Shown piece after piece: positions 28,256 to 42,864 of a DNA stretch of 64,000 nt. A program made the position numbers and the translations under genes. The DNA lies in assembly GCF_006345805.1 (NCBI RefSeq), contig NC_042997.1:34534001-34598000 (forward strand), given 5' to 3'. Under the pieces are notes generated by a model. The model was not told the DNA's origin. It saw only the letters and a list, made by a program, of their open reading frames with translations, and searched no databases. This DNA is from Octopus sinensis (taxonomy: Eukaryota). The number at the start of each line of letters is the position of its first letter. Positions within the stretch are counted from its first letter, which is position 1.

Positions 28256-28297
28256 ACGTACGTACATACATACATACATAGACACACACATACATAC

Positions 28298-28354
<57 letters not shown>

Positions 28355-28411
28355 TATATATATGTACACCAACTGTCTTCGTCTTTTGTTTTTTTCGTAA
28401 ACTCTCCCTAT

Positions 28412-28447
<36 letters not shown>

Positions 28448-28839
28448 CCAGAATAAGCACATAAATGCGGAACAAGGCGGAGAAAATAGTACTCCAATAC
28501 CAGAGGTATATGTATATATATATTTACATACATGCATATAAATTTGCGTATCCATACATACACATCTATACACACTTACACACACACATATAGGTTTATA
28601 TGTATATGCATATATATATCCTAAAATAGAAAACAGTAGAAGGTCAATGTTACATCATCATAAATTAACAATAAATATATGTTACAAATGTGTACAAATT
28701 AAACAATGTACTCATCAAATCATGTGCAATAAACTTCAAGTATGCAAGACTGAATAAAATTTAGAAGGCCAATGCTCTTGGCAAATTTTATGAAAACAAA
28801 TGTAAAATTTACGACGAGCTTTGCTTCGGTCATACCAGC

Positions 28840-29150
28840 ATGGTACTTCTCGTGGGTACAACATTGTTAATAGTTTAATCATTAGACTAACGACAACGCC
28901 TATGAACATTTTAAGGTCTCTGAGACTGACAGGAGCCCTGACCCAATTCTTGGATCAGAACAGGCTACTTCAAAATTTCTTCAAATTCCAAAGAATAAAT
29001 TTACTGCCCTATAATAGGATAGGCCACTCTGACTCTGGGGTGTCCTATCCCGTTCTTCATAGTTGCTGTCTACGATATTTTGCTGATAAGGAATTTGTCG
29101 ATCCAAGTGAGAAACACTGCTCTAAGGTGCAGCGTTGCTGGTTTGGACCA
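28840..29150 (-). mobile_element. Possible very old LINE reverse-transcriptase fragment
   Basis: Minus-strand LTWIDKFL and ..FEEILK resemble RT domains 3-4. Heavily degraded. Confidence 0.3.
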
Positions 29151-29249
29151 TTATTACAAGAAAATATTGGATCACATTTCATTATACGTTATAAATGAGA
29201 GCTAGATTAGAATTCAATAGTCGTTAACTTACTTTTGTCTTCTATTTTT

Positions 29250-29620
29250 AGCTTGATACAGTCATCGGACTGCGGCCATGCTGGAGCATAGCTTTTTAGA
29301 TTTTGGTCGAAGAAATCGACACCACTGCTTATTTTTTACGCGTGACATATATTGTATCTGTCTCTTTCGCGGAACCACAAACTTAGAGGGACATAAACAA
29401 ACTAACACCAGATGTCAAGCTGTAGTGGAGGACAAAGACAAACACAAAGGCACACACATAGACACACATATCTATACGGTGGGTTTCTTTCAGTTACTGT
29501 CTACAACATCCACTCACAAAGCTTTGGTCGGCCCAGGGCTAAATTAAAAAAAAAACAACTGCAATGCAGTGTGAAGGAAATCGGAACCATGTGGTTCTGA
29601 ATCAAATTGAAGCAAACTTT
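29250..29620 (-). mobile_element. SINE family B, degenerate
   Basis: CGGCCATGCTGGAGCA, CAGTTACTGTCTAC..ATCCACTCACAAAGCTTTGGTCGGCCC and GGAACCATGTGGTT segments match family B. Confidence 0.75.
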
Positions 29621-29654
29621 TTTACAATTATAAAAATGATTAGCCATAACATTT

Positions 29655-30349
29655 ATGTTTGTTGCCACTTCAACATGACCGTTCCGTACGGAACGACGTT
29701 ACTCCTACTTCTTAATCCCAGGAGAACATCTTCCCCAGCTGGTTAACAATACAACCTGTGACCGATATATTGCAAGGAGAGGAGCGAAGCCTTACCATCT
29801 TCTAGCGATTTGACAGGACTAGTAGACCAGCCTGGTTTCAAGCTATGTTTGGCCCATCCTCAGTACTGGACACCTGTCCGCTACAGATGGTAGTTGTTCG
29901 GCGAGCTGGCAGAAACGTTAGCACGCCGGGCGAAATGCGTAGCCCTATTTCGTCTGCCGCTACGTTCTGAGTTCAAATTCCGCCGAGGTCGACTTTGCCT
30001 TTCATCCTTTCGGGGTCGATTAAATGAGTACCAGTTACGCTCTGGGGTCGATATAATCGACTTATCCGTTTGTCTGTCCTTGTTTGTCCCCTCTGTGTTT
30101 AGCCCCTTGTGGGTAGTAAAGAAATAGGTAGATGTTCGCTCTAGCTTGCAATATATAGAAAAATAAACGACATACACGGAAACGAAGCTGGTCTACTGGT
30201 CCTATCACTCGTTAGAAGATGACAGGCGTTCGCTGCCCTGCCTGCAATATATCGGACACAGGTTGTATCGTTAACCAGCTGGAGAATATATTCTCATGGC
30301 AAGAATGTCGTTCTGAACGGAACAGCCATGATGAAGTGGCAAGAAACAT
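29655..30349. mobile_element. Old foldback/MITE-like element with about 170-185 bp inverted arms, interrupted by a SINE
   Basis: 29655-29839 is the approximate reverse complement of 30179-30349 (roughly 80% by eye). Confidence 0.8.
29899..30126 (+). mobile_element. SINE family A, young full-length copy with TSD
   Basis: Flanked by GGTAGTTGTT (29889-29898) and GGTAGATGTT (30127-30136). Confidence 0.93.
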
Positions 30350-31403
30350 TACTTTTTTTGTATAGTTAATACTGGCATCCCTTATAGAGATCTTAGATTT
30401 AGCTACTTTGTTCATAGAATTGATATTAATAGAAGAACACAATAGAATAAAAAGCCGAGCTAGGGCATCCTATTCTACGAACGGTGATCAGTTTCTTAAT
30501 TGGCAGTAATCATATTAGAGCATATAAAATTTGTCTACAATGAATTAATACTTTCTAACCTTGTTTAAAGGAAATTAGAATCGATTAAATAACCCTCAGT
30601 ACTTGACAGTGCAATAATTATATATGCACAAATTTCTATGCAAAACTCTTCTCGTTCGGATTTGAATTGAGAAGGGAATAAGTATCAGAAGATATTTTGT
30701 TAGACACTCGAAAGATTTGGGCGCGCCACCGAATAATGAATTTTTAACACAGTATTCCCATGGCTTTTGTCAACTATAAAATTAACAACGATAACAACGA
30801 CACCAATAATTATTTCCTGCAGAAAAATACCACGAGGGAGGTCGACGAACAATCAATGGGCAGAACAAACTATAAAGGAAAAATAAAATATAACGAATAA
30901 ATAAGGAAATGGAAACAATACAAATAAAAGTCAACTAAATCCCCAAACAAATGAGCAGTCATGTGTGACTCTCGCACATACACATAAACACTAGTTTACT
31001 CATATACAAATACTACAAATGTAAATTTTTCCAGGCGAAAACATGAATTTGCTGTAATATAATAACTGATATATTATCATGTAAGGATAAAAAAAAAACG
31101 ATACCTGATTCCATATTCGTTCGCGATAATTGTAACCATTTATGTTTCCGTCCTATAATAGATTTGTGTAATGTATATACACAAACACGCAAGTAAGCTT
31201 AGATGCATGCTTGCACGCATGCATATATATATTTATATATATCCACACACATTTATATACATATATATGTATTATATATTGTATATGTATCTATATAAAT
31301 ATATATACATATGTATATATAGCATGTATATATCTATATACATACATATACATTATATATATATATATGAATATGAATGTATACAGGAGTGTGTATGTGT
31401 GTG

Positions 31404-31453
<50 letters not shown>

Positions 31454-31695
31454 CGTGTGTGTGTGTGTGAATGCATTAAAAGATTTGTTGATGCATATGT
31501 ATGTGTTTTACCATTTAACAATGAAATATCGATATGACGATTATGTACAGGGTTAAATGAAATATTTACCCTTTCCGTAACTTATCTATGAGAATTAAGC
31601 AAAAGTGGGGTCCAAAAGAGAAAGAGAGAAAGAGGGAGAGAGAGAGAGAGAGAAAAGACAGAGAGATCGAGAGAGTGAGAGAGAGAGAGAGAGAG

Positions 31696-31769
31696 AACGG
31701 GCTGGGTGGCGGCTCGCGACCGAGATACTGCGCCTCAGTGTGCGTAGCTGCAGGAAAATGAAAGTAAGA
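31696..31769 (+). promoter_or_regulatory. CpG-rich islet after (GA)n, ending in ATGAAA|GTAAGA (candidate first exon or regulatory site)
   Basis: Locally high GC and CpG in a very AT-rich context, with a consensus-like donor GTAAGA at 31764. Confidence 0.25.
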
Positions 31770-32048
31770 GAAGGTGGTAAGGAAAAAGAAATAATAAATT
31801 TATATTATAAATTTGCTTATAGATAATACTTAGGAATAATAGATAGTGTAACATTACAGTATTCTCCTAACATAATCTTCACTTTAACCCATGATTGAAA
31901 ACTTGAACTGAACACATATATTGAAATATATTCCATTATTTATTCATATGAAATTATAATATCCATATAAACGTTCCTTTTTCTATGATTTTTAGCTGGC
32001 TTTCACCACATACGTGTGTGTGTTTCTGTCCGCACACACTGAGGCGCG

Positions 32049-32161
<113 letters not shown>

Positions 32162-32463
32162 GCACACACATACACACACACACACAAGTACACACATACA
32201 CATATATAAACACATACATTTCTCGTAATTGTTTAGTTTTTTTCCTTTTTTGAAGTATTTCTTTTCTTTAAACTACGCCATGGTTTAATTTTCTGATTCA
32301 TCGAAATAGATAAGAGAGGGCTTTAGAACAATTATATCAATCGGGTGATTGTATATTATTTATTGTTTCATTCATGAAACGTTTGTAGCTCAAATTTAAC
32401 ACAAGAATGGCAAATTGACGGGAAAATGATTAAAAAGATCGCTTTCTTTTCCCCTCTCTTTCC

Positions 32464-32523
<60 letters not shown>

Positions 32524-32862
32524 GTATCAGTATCTATATCTGTGTCCATCTATCTCTCTATACGTATATATAAATATACACATGCACACATACATACATT
32601 CATTCACCCCCCCACATATATATATATATATATACATATATATATGTATCTCTCTATACGTATATATAAATATACACATGCACACATACATACATTCACC
32701 CACCCCCCACATATATATATGTATATATATATACATATAATGTATGTATATATATGTATGTATGTTTGTATATATATATGAATATATATATATATAAAAT
32801 GTATGTATATATGTATGTATGTTTGTATAGATATATGTATATATATATATTATATATATATA

Positions 32863-32952
<90 letters not shown>

Positions 32953-33559
32953 CATATATATATATATTATATATATATCTATATATATATATATTATATA
33001 TATATATATTATATATATATACGCATATGTCAGTGCGTGTGTTATGTGGGGGAAAATGAAAGAAAAAGAGACAAAAAGACAGAGTGACAGAGACAGAAAG
33101 AGAAAGGGAGAAAATACTTCTTTGTGTTTTTCTTGCCGCAGAATATCTTGTAAACTTTCATTCAATGAAAAATTCATTTAAATCTTTTGAACTCAAAAGA
33201 TGAATTGTGTTTTGATATTTTGATGATAACAATTTGTTCAGAAAATTTGTTATAATATTGAAGTCTTTGATAATCGGATGCGTTACCATGACAAGACTAG
33301 TTTGGTTTCTGACAACAGTTAAGAGATGTGACTGAAGCGGCTGTAGCTGAGTTTCAGGATAATGTCACCAACTCAGTTCACAGAAAGCTCGTGGAATTCA
33401 AATTCTTAGATACACTCGTATAATTGTCAAAGTTCAATGTTGTAACGAATAAATGCATGTTTACAAAAGCAAATCACAGTTAAAATGATGAGCAATTAAT
33501 TTAAAAAGAAATTGCAATATCAGCAGCATGAAATAGAGTGATATGTTATACTCCTCTCT

Positions 33560-35075
33560 TTAACTACAAGCTACAATTCTACCATTGCCGTTGAAAATAA
33601 TCCATATGTACGCACAAGAGCAAAAACGTCAGCCCAGATATTTTGATGGGCTTTTGTCAGAAAGTATACACCTACTAACAAACCACCAACATCAGCCATA
33701 CCTTCTGAGCTTGACCTTCAATGGAAAATCGTCACCAAAACGCAAGACACAAAACCTTATAAGCTCTCCGACGCTGAATAAAATATCGCCAGATTCCTAA
33801 AGAATACTATATCGAGCTAGCTTACTCTCTGTTTCGGCTACCTCAGCTTTGCTTCACATGTGGTGAATTTTCAGACCAGTGGAAGAACACTCCCGTGGTT
33901 CCTATTTATAAGAAAGACTTCGAATATAATTGGACACCGGCAAAGTTTTGCTATCATTCACACGCAAACAACCATTAAGCAACCTCTGGGACAATCAACT
34001 CATTTCCCAAAACCAATTTGGTTTCGAACGAAGCTATAGCAGGGCATATATTCTGGATATTCTGTCAGTAATATGGAACAACTAGAGCAGCATAAGCCTG
34101 AATGTGTGTATTGTAACTTGCACTGGAAATTTTAATTGAATTCTACGCCATGTTCGAATTAAGGAAAACAGCAGAAATTACTTCGGTGAATATAAATCTA
34201 CCTAAATAGAGATTCCATGAAGTTCAACTTTTTAGTCCAACACTGTGGTCCAAGCTTTACAAGTAAGCTTTACAAATCTGAGTCCTCTCAGTTTTCATAG
34301 ATGATCTGCTCAACCGTGTAGAAGTACATGTTGTTTAAAAAATTATTTGTACGTCTATATCGACTCCTCAGCGCACTTTGCATCTATAAAAGGGGAGCGC
34401 TACGTGGAGGTAGTTAGCTTAAACTTATGACAAAGACTTAGAAGATGAGTGAAGCGTAACATTCGTTTAACCAATATGTAAAACGAACAACGTTACAATT
34501 TGATAATTGATGGCTACTTTTGAAAAAGCAGCTTGATGTTCTAAGCATAACAACAAACAGCAGACTGGCGCTGGTACAACAAAACGTCTTTGCAGGTAAC
34601 AATGTCTTGGGACCGAACATAAAGTTGCCGGCAATTTTAATAAGGAAGAGAGAGTTATGGTTTTAATGCCTATACCTCAAGCAAATATGAAGTAATGTAT
34701 ATGTTTATCGAATGCCTTATAAAGTATATTCATTTAACTAACTACAATTCAAAAGAATCCTCTCGAGATAATTTCAGTTGATGGAAGCAATGCTTCGAAA
34801 AAACTCTCTACCAACAGCTTACAACATAGCTGACAGATTACAATAGCTGCAACTTTCTATACAATTCACTGAAACTACCTGCCGGCTCTTAGTGTAGGGC
34901 TATCACTGCAATTTGAAAGAATCCGTTTCGCAAGGAATAGCAGCATCATTTCTACATGTAACCACAATATAGCTGATGCCAAGATCTATACAGTGTACAG
35001 AAGCGTGCTGTACTCAACTATAAGAAATTAAAAATACAAAAACAAAAACAAAGAAAATAACTAAAAAAAAAAAAA
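33560..35075 (+). mobile_element. Decayed APE-type LINE (RT relic) with A-rich 3' end
   Basis: QWKNTPVVPIYKKD (33877-33918), NQFGFERSYS (about 34011-34040) and FSPTLWS (about 34231-34252) are RT motifs in the correct order. An A-rich tail lies at about 35030-35075. Boundaries are approximate. Confidence 0.65.
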
Positions 35076-35509
35076 CTTTCAAGGACTCCTACTAAAACAT
35101 GTTATCTTGATCGACAAGCTAACAAGCTATCAAAAGCTGACTGTGACGTCTCTTCTGATCAATCTCTGGACATCGGCTTGCAAGAAACTAATGAATTACT
35201 ACTTCGAAAATAGAATATGTAGAGGCGCGTGTGTTTGTGTGCATGTGTTTGCATTATTTAACACTCAGTCCTTAAATCTTATTTGATGCGGTGTGTAATG
35301 TAGTTGGTGCAAAGGAATTTCTTCATTCTTTTCCGGTGATAGGATCGTCGTTCAGAGTGACTGGCATGAAATTGCTTTGCCAATAATGTTCCAAGTAATG
35401 AATAAGGAAAATTGGTGTGATAACCTAGTATCTAATGTTAAGTCAATGTCTCGAAATATGTACAGGTATTGACTATGACATCCTTTGAACTCAGTAGGGG
35501 TTATTTCAA

Positions 35510-36145
<636 letters not shown>

Positions 36146-37126
36146 TTTAAATTGTTTACTGGAAACGTGCGCAGTGATGCATTAAAATATTTATAAATTC
36201 CATCTAAGAATTATTATTGTTCCTATATATATTTATATATATATATATATATATGTACAGATACATACACAAATACGCACATGCACACACACATATATGT
36301 ATATATAGATGTGTGTATGTACGTATATATGTCTGTTTGTCTGTCTGTATGTATGTAAGGCTGTTGACCTATATGATCGTATGCACATGTAAATAAGAGA
36401 TTGCACCAATTCAGTTTTATAAAGCTAAGTTTTCTAATTGATAGGACACTACTTTTCTCTTTTGCAGTTAATTTAAATTATTCATATTTTGACATTTTAC
36501 GCCTTTATGTTTTTTTTTTAAATATTTTTTCACTAATACTCCTTATTCTGAAGAATCGAAAGACGAATAGGATATATTGATAACTGTTTTTATATTCCTT
36601 TAAACCTAAATAACCACGTAACAATTTCGAAAATAAAAAATATAAAAAAAGGTCCCTGAACTGAACTGATTGCGTGTTCCAGTAAATATCTCGTTCCTGA
36701 CAGGGAGGGACAGAAAAGACGAACGAGCAAATATTCTATAAATTTATAAGAGGCTTCGCTTTACATTTCAGACCGCACTAAGTTCACGGTTGTTTACCTC
36801 CTTGTAAACCATGTGTGACCTTTTTGCCTTTTCCCTAAGATATTAGCATCGTTAAATGAAGTGAAATAGGTTAAAACGATAATTCAAAATTTGTCATGCT
36901 CTCAGCTTCTGGAAACACCACATTTTCTGTATTGACCTCTACACGCAATGACTAAACAATAAAGTGGTTTTCTTACTGTGAGTACAACACCGAAAAATTG
37001 TTGCTTTTAATTTCATTTCGCTTTAAACTGAATTTTGACAGTTATTTAAACATACAAATCAACTGACATTAATATTGTAGGGTGTTTTATTAAAATATGA
37101 CATTACTAGAATAAAATACGATCTCC

Positions 37127-37207
<81 letters not shown>

Positions 37208-37309
37208 ATCTATCTATCTGTCTATCTATGTGTAAACGAGTATATAGGTATATACATATATTGGTTTGTGTGTATATATATATATATACATATATACACT
37301 TGTGCTCGC

Positions 37310-37342
<33 letters not shown>

Positions 37343-37486
37343 TTCGCACACACATAAAATGCACTTTCACAAAGATATATTTGAGCAATATATATATGTG
37401 CATCAATATAAATGTCAATATATGTATATGTATAATATACATACACACACACATATATACACATATATACATATATCTCTATCTCT

Positions 37487-37518
<32 letters not shown>

Positions 37519-38116
37519 ATACATACATATATATATATACATACACACACACACACACACACATATATCTATGCATGGACATTTATGGGTGTGTTTGTGT
37601 CTGTATGTCTTTATGTATGTCGATGTTCCTGTGTGTCTGCGTGCGCATGCGTACACGATACTACTTTTTCTTTAAATAGCGTGAAATTAAATGACTTCGA
37701 AAGCAATAAATTTAGTATTTGTGGTGTTAGACTAAAATATCGTATGCGCAATAGCTTTTCAGTCTGAGAAATGTATCGTTAAGCTGGTGAGGAGAAAATA
37801 TCTGTGAGCATACTATTGGAGTACATAGCTTACTTCCAGAAACATGGCTGTGCTTCTAATAATATAACCACTAGATCCAAATGTATGCACACGCATGGAG
37901 ATGTAAAACTGATACTGTTCCTATCATCATGAGCCACCCTACCGAAACAGACATCGCCGCTGCGCCACCGCCGCCACCGCCACCACCGCCGCCGCCACCA
38001 TCACCATGACCACCACCACCACCACCACCGATGATAACACCGCTGCCACTGTAGCCTCAATCGCTGCTTCTGTCTCTGTTTTTCCAACAACAACAAAAGC
38101 AAGAACTGCATCTACA

Positions 38117-38508
38117 GTGGAGGCGCAATGGCCCAGTGGTTAGGGCAGTGAACTCGCGGTCGGAGGATCGCGGTTTCGATTCCCAGACCGGGCGTTGTGT
38201 GTGTGTGTTTATTGAGCGAAAACACCTAAAGCTCCACTAGGCTCCTGCAGGGGGTGGTGGTGACTCCTGTTGTACTCATTCGCCCCAACTTTCTCTCACT
38301 CTTTCTTCCTGTTCCTTGTCCCCGAGTTCTTACGCAACCGCTGAGCCTGGATGCGCTGTCATCCATCCGTCGATGCTCTTGGTGTCGGGGTTTGACCTGC
38401 TTTCTCTTCTGCGGATCTTACGAATAGCAAAGGACCATGTTTCGGACTTTTCCCATCTTGCGAGCTCTGGGACGAAGACCGTTCGCTCAGCAGCAACAGC
38501 AACAGTAT
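38117..38508 (+). mobile_element. SINE family C (head C + tail 2)
   Basis: tRNA-like head GGAGGCGCAATGGCCCAGTGGTTAGGGCAG...GTTTCGATTCCC, shared with 49521 up to about 38313, then an unrelated tail ending in (CAGCAA)n. Possible TSD G(C/T)ATCTACA. Confidence 0.85.
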
Positions 38509-38537
38509 CTACAAAAACCTGTACTATATTAATAGTG

Positions 38538-38678
38538 GTTGCAAATTTTGGCACAGGCCCAACAGGTCTTGCTTTTTTTAGGGGTGAGGGAAGTCGATTA
38601 CATCGACTAGTAGTGTTTAACGTGTACTTATTTTATTGATATCGGTCTGGATGAAAAGCTAGGTCGACCTCGGCAGAG
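38538..38678 (-). mobile_element. SINE family A fragment, degenerate
   Basis: Old tail plus GGATGAAAA..GGTCGACCTCGGCAGA. Confidence 0.65.
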
Positions 38679-38722
38679 GAGTACTATCGTGTATCTCACA
38701 AATGCAGTAGGTAATTTTATTA

Positions 38723-38735
38723 ACTACTACTACTT

Positions 38736-38791
<56 letters not shown>

Positions 38792-38844
38792 ACTACTGCT
38801 GCTGCTGCTGTTACTACTACTACTACTACTACTACTGCTGCTGT

Positions 38845-38875
<31 letters not shown>

Positions 38876-38886
38876 GCTGCTGCTGT

Positions 38887-38917
<31 letters not shown>

Positions 38918-38923
38918 GCTGCA

Positions 38924-38956
<33 letters not shown>

Positions 38957-38980
38957 GCTACTGCTGCTGCTGCTGCTAAT
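38723..38980. repeat. (TAC)/(TGC)n compound microsatellite
   Basis: Direct reading. Confidence 0.95.
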
Positions 38981-39499
38981 AATTAAAGTAATGATGATGA
39001 CGAAGACGACAACAACAAAAGCAAAAATAACAACAACAACGACGACGACAACAACAACAATAATTTTTTGAATTTCCAAACTCGCCGTCAGCTTCTTTGA
39101 ACTCATTCTTGTTAGTCTCTCGGTGAGCTAAATTTTGTAACGTTTTATTTATTTAGTCAGAAGGTTAGGATGTAGTGTGCATAGTCTTGGTAGTCCCTCA
39201 CGTATTGGTGCTGTTTATATGTTCATTTTAAACTTTTGCAGATTAATGCCTGCAAGGAAAAAATTTTGTCGGAAAAGATATGTGAAGGTGGTGGCAGTTC
39301 TGGGAATAAGGGATCTTTCTTATTTTCATTCCGAACTCCTTGCACTTTAATAGATTTCGACTTTTTTTTTCTTTGGGGCGATGTGTTGTATTATTATCTT
39401 TATTGTTTGCAGTTTGTGAAAGGCATCATGAGTTTCCTGCCACGAGTTTACAACTTTCGGGGTTAACAAATGCTTTTGCTAAGTATGATTACGTATAGC

Positions 39500-39910
39500 A
39501 AGCATAGATGTGTGGTTAAGATGCTCGATTTGCAACCACGTGGTTTCCGGTTCAGTCTCACTGCACGACATCTTAGGCAAAGAACTTCTTCTAAAGCCCC
39601 TGATTAACCAATAACTTGTGAGCGAATTCGGTAGACGAAAACTGTGTGGAATCTCGTTGTATATATTTGTATGGGTGTGTTCGTGTGTGTCTTTTTCGCT
39701 GCATTATTCCACTCACCACTGCTTGACAATTTCTGTTGGTTTGTTTACATCCCCGTGACTTGGCGGTTCGGAAAAAGACAACGATAGAACGAGTACCAGA
39801 CTTAAAGGTAAAATAAGTAGTAATGTATATTTGTTCGACTAAAACCCTCCAAAGCGGTGCCTCAAATTTGCTGTAGTCCAGGGACTGAAATCAGTAAAAG
39901 AAGATAATAG
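39500..39910 (+). mobile_element. SINE family B, diverged
   Basis: Head TGTGTGGTTAAG..GGTTCAGTCTCACTG, GGTAGACGAAAACTG, and 3' CCCCGTGACTTGGCGGTTCGG..AGTAAAAG. Confidence 0.8.
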
Positions 39911-39920
39911 AAGACACTAG

Positions 39921-40090
39921 TGTTCTTTTCTACTCTAGGCACAAGGCACGAAATTTTGGGGGAGAGGCCAGTCGATTAGATCGACCCCAGTCAGCAACTG
40001 GTATTTAATTTATCGATCTCAAAAGATGAAAGGCAAAGTCGACCTCGGCAGAATTTGAACTCAGAACGTAAAAACAGACGAAATACCGCT
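39921..40090 (-). mobile_element. SINE family A, older tail, head missing
   Basis: Matches the family A body and stops at the internal AGCGGTATTTCG motif. Confidence 0.85.
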
Positions 40091-41023
40091 AGAGGACACG
40101 AGTACTGCAACGTTTTGTCCTGTAATAAGCCTATGTTTAACTTTATAGGTAATTTTATAATGTCTTTCTTTTCATAATTGGTTGTATATCATTCCAGTTT
40201 TAACAATCTCTAAATATGATGCTAGAGACATTAACTGCCATAACGTTTTTAGTCCAACGGGTAGGTCTCTGCAATTTTTTGGCTTTTCGGTTCTTTTCAT
40301 TAATTTGATATTGATGTATGGGAAAGTAGTAGATTATTGTCATTTTTGTAAAAGAAACTGGTCACGTCGACTGAAACCCAGGACAAGCAACGTAAACAGA
40401 ATTAAGAAATGGTATAGGAATAGCTAAGAAATTGGGAGGGGAGGTTAATACAAGCATAAATAAAAGAAGTCTAAAAAATAAGACTAAAATGCCTATAAGA
40501 ACATCTGGAGTTTTCTCAAACTTGTAAATCAAACTTCATTTTGCATAGGCGTTATTCTGTTCGTTTTTCAATTTCTGGTATTCTGCAGCACTTTTCTTCT
40601 AACGTGTTATAGGAGGGAACACCATCTAATCCACAACCTGGGTAACGTTGCACCATTTGGACTTAACACACATACCTCAAAACCTTATGATACTTTTATT
40701 CTACATATTATTTGTTTCTTATTCGGTTCTTATTTGCTATTACTTAATGTGTATATACGACATATATGTACACGTAGGTTTTCATTCATGTATGGATCTA
40801 TATACAAAAAGATATATATATATAAATAAATATCAGACACGTGCCCTCAATAATTACTCAGGGTAGGCAGTTGGTGACGTTTATGTAGTAAAACATGCCC
40901 CCAAAAAATTGCGAAACACAGGCGGGCAAATGAATTGGAGGCAGAATTACTTCTGCTTTTAGAGCGCGTAAAGAAAACGTTGCTGTAAAAATGTACGCAG
41001 CACGCAGTACTATATGAAGTTAA

Positions 41024-41632
41024 GGCGGCGAGTTGGCAGAAACGTTAGCACGCTGTGCGAAATGCCTAGCGATATTTCTTGTCTTTACATTCTGAGTTCA
41101 AATTCCGCCGAGGTCGACTTTGCCTTTCATCCTTTCGGGGTCGATAAATTAAGTACCAGTTACGCACTGGGGTCGATGAAATCGACTTAATCCGTGTATC
41201 TGTCCTTGTTTGTCCCCTCTGTGTTTAGCCCCTTGTGGGTAGTAAAAAAAAAAGAAAAAAAGAGGTATTTCATCTGTCTTTACGTTCTGAGTTCAAATTC
41301 CGCCGAGGTTGACTTTGCCTTTCATCCTTTCGGGGTCGATAAATTAAGTACCAGTTACGCACTGGGGTCGATGAAATCGACTTAATCCGTGTATCTGTCC
41401 TTGTTTGTCCCCTCTGTGTTTAGCCCCTTGTGGGTAGTAAAGAAAAAAGAAAAAAAGAGGTATTTCGTCTGTCTTTACGTTCTGAGTTCAAATTCCGCCG
41501 AGGTCGACTTTGCCTTTCATCCTTTTTGGGTCGATAAATTAAGTACCAGTTACGCACTGGGGTCGATGTAATTGACTTAATCCCTTTGTCTGTCCCTTCT
41601 ATGTTTAGCCCCTGGTGGGCAATGAAGAAATA
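41024..41632 (+). mobile_element. SINE family A nested/tandem array (one head, three bodies)
   Basis: Junctions at 41264 and 41459 (period 195 bp). The whole array is bracketed by TSD AGTACTATATG(A/T)AGTT (41006-41021 and 41633-41648). Confidence 0.92.
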
Positions 41633-42635
41633 AGTACTATATGTAGTTTTAATACCTAATCTACAAAAAAATAAGATATTTTGCATTTTATGCATAGTAA
41701 TCTGAGTAACCTTCACAATTTTATTGAATTAGGTGCATATTTTGCCATTGATTATGTTACTATCGATTGATTTTATTCGGGGTAGGCACTGCCTACCTTG
41801 CCTACCCAGGCGGCACGTCCCTGATAAATACACATTACAAGTGTTTTTACCATACAAATTCTTTTTGAGTGAATTTAATAGAATTTGATGTGTGGAAGTC
41901 TGTGGAGTTTGTTGCGTGTGTGTATCTGTGTGAATGTATGATTTTGTACGCCTGTGTGTGTGTGTGTTTGTGTGTGTGTGGTTGTGTGTGCACGCGAATG
42001 CTTCCGTTTGTGTGTTTTTCCCCGCCGCTTGACAACAGTGCAAGGTTGATTATGTTTTATAACCTACAATAAGCAATAAACTCCAAAAGGTGTACTGAGA
42101 CGTGTTGTCTGACGAAAGTCCATCATAGCTGCACCATGCCTACAGAGCAGTGACTGAAACAAGTGGATTAAAAACTAAAAGGACAAAAGGACACACACAC
42201 ACACACACATACATGATGGCTGCCCCCTCGTTATCGAGTATGGCCATTGCACAAAGCTTAACTGTTATTGGTGCTGTGATCGAATGTGACTTTTTAGCCC
42301 AGCTAAAGATCTACAATGTCTTGTACAGAATTGGCAGCCAAAACCTTTACTGGTAATAGCCAGCTGTAGTTGTAACTGGGCTTCATGTACCTTTGCATGT
42401 CGTTTAAGTCCTCCTGCCGAATTACGCTCTCTTCCACATGCCTGACAGATATGATTAGTATGGTGTGTTACACCACCACCAGTGGCCCACACACATGCAC
42501 ACATGTATATGCTTGTGTTTCTAATAATATAGCTATTAGATCCAAATATGGGCACATGAGTGAAGATGTAAAAAATGATACTATTCCTATCATCATAAGC
42601 CATCCTCCACCTAAGTTGACACTGTCGCTGATACC

Positions 42636-42864
42636 TATTTCTTTACTACCCACAAGGGGCTAAACAGAGAAAGGGCAAACAAGGACTGACAAACGGATTA
42701 AGTCGATTATATCGACCCCAGTGTGTAGCTGGTACTTATTCAATCGATTCCGAAAGGAAGAAAGGCAAAGTCGACCTCGGCGGAATTTGAACTCAGAACG
42801 TAACGGCAGAAGAAATACGGCTACGCATTTCGCCCGGCGTGCTAAAGTTTCTGCCAGCTCGCCG
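42636..42864 (-). mobile_element. SINE family A, young full-length copy with TSD
   Basis: CGCTGATAC flanks both sides (42626-42634 and 42865-42873). Confidence 0.92.

Noticed and set aside
36549-36570. CTGAAGA..GAAA as a hammerhead core
   Set aside because: Only 3 nt separate the two core halves, with no stem II or stem I. Similar isolated CTGANGA hits (about 1370, 25695, 51635, 61066) also lack the fold.
40855-41825. GGGTAGGCA-containing ends (about 40860 and 41790-41823) as TIRs of an old DNA-transposon MITE around the SINE array
   Set aside because: The match is too short and no TSD is identifiable.
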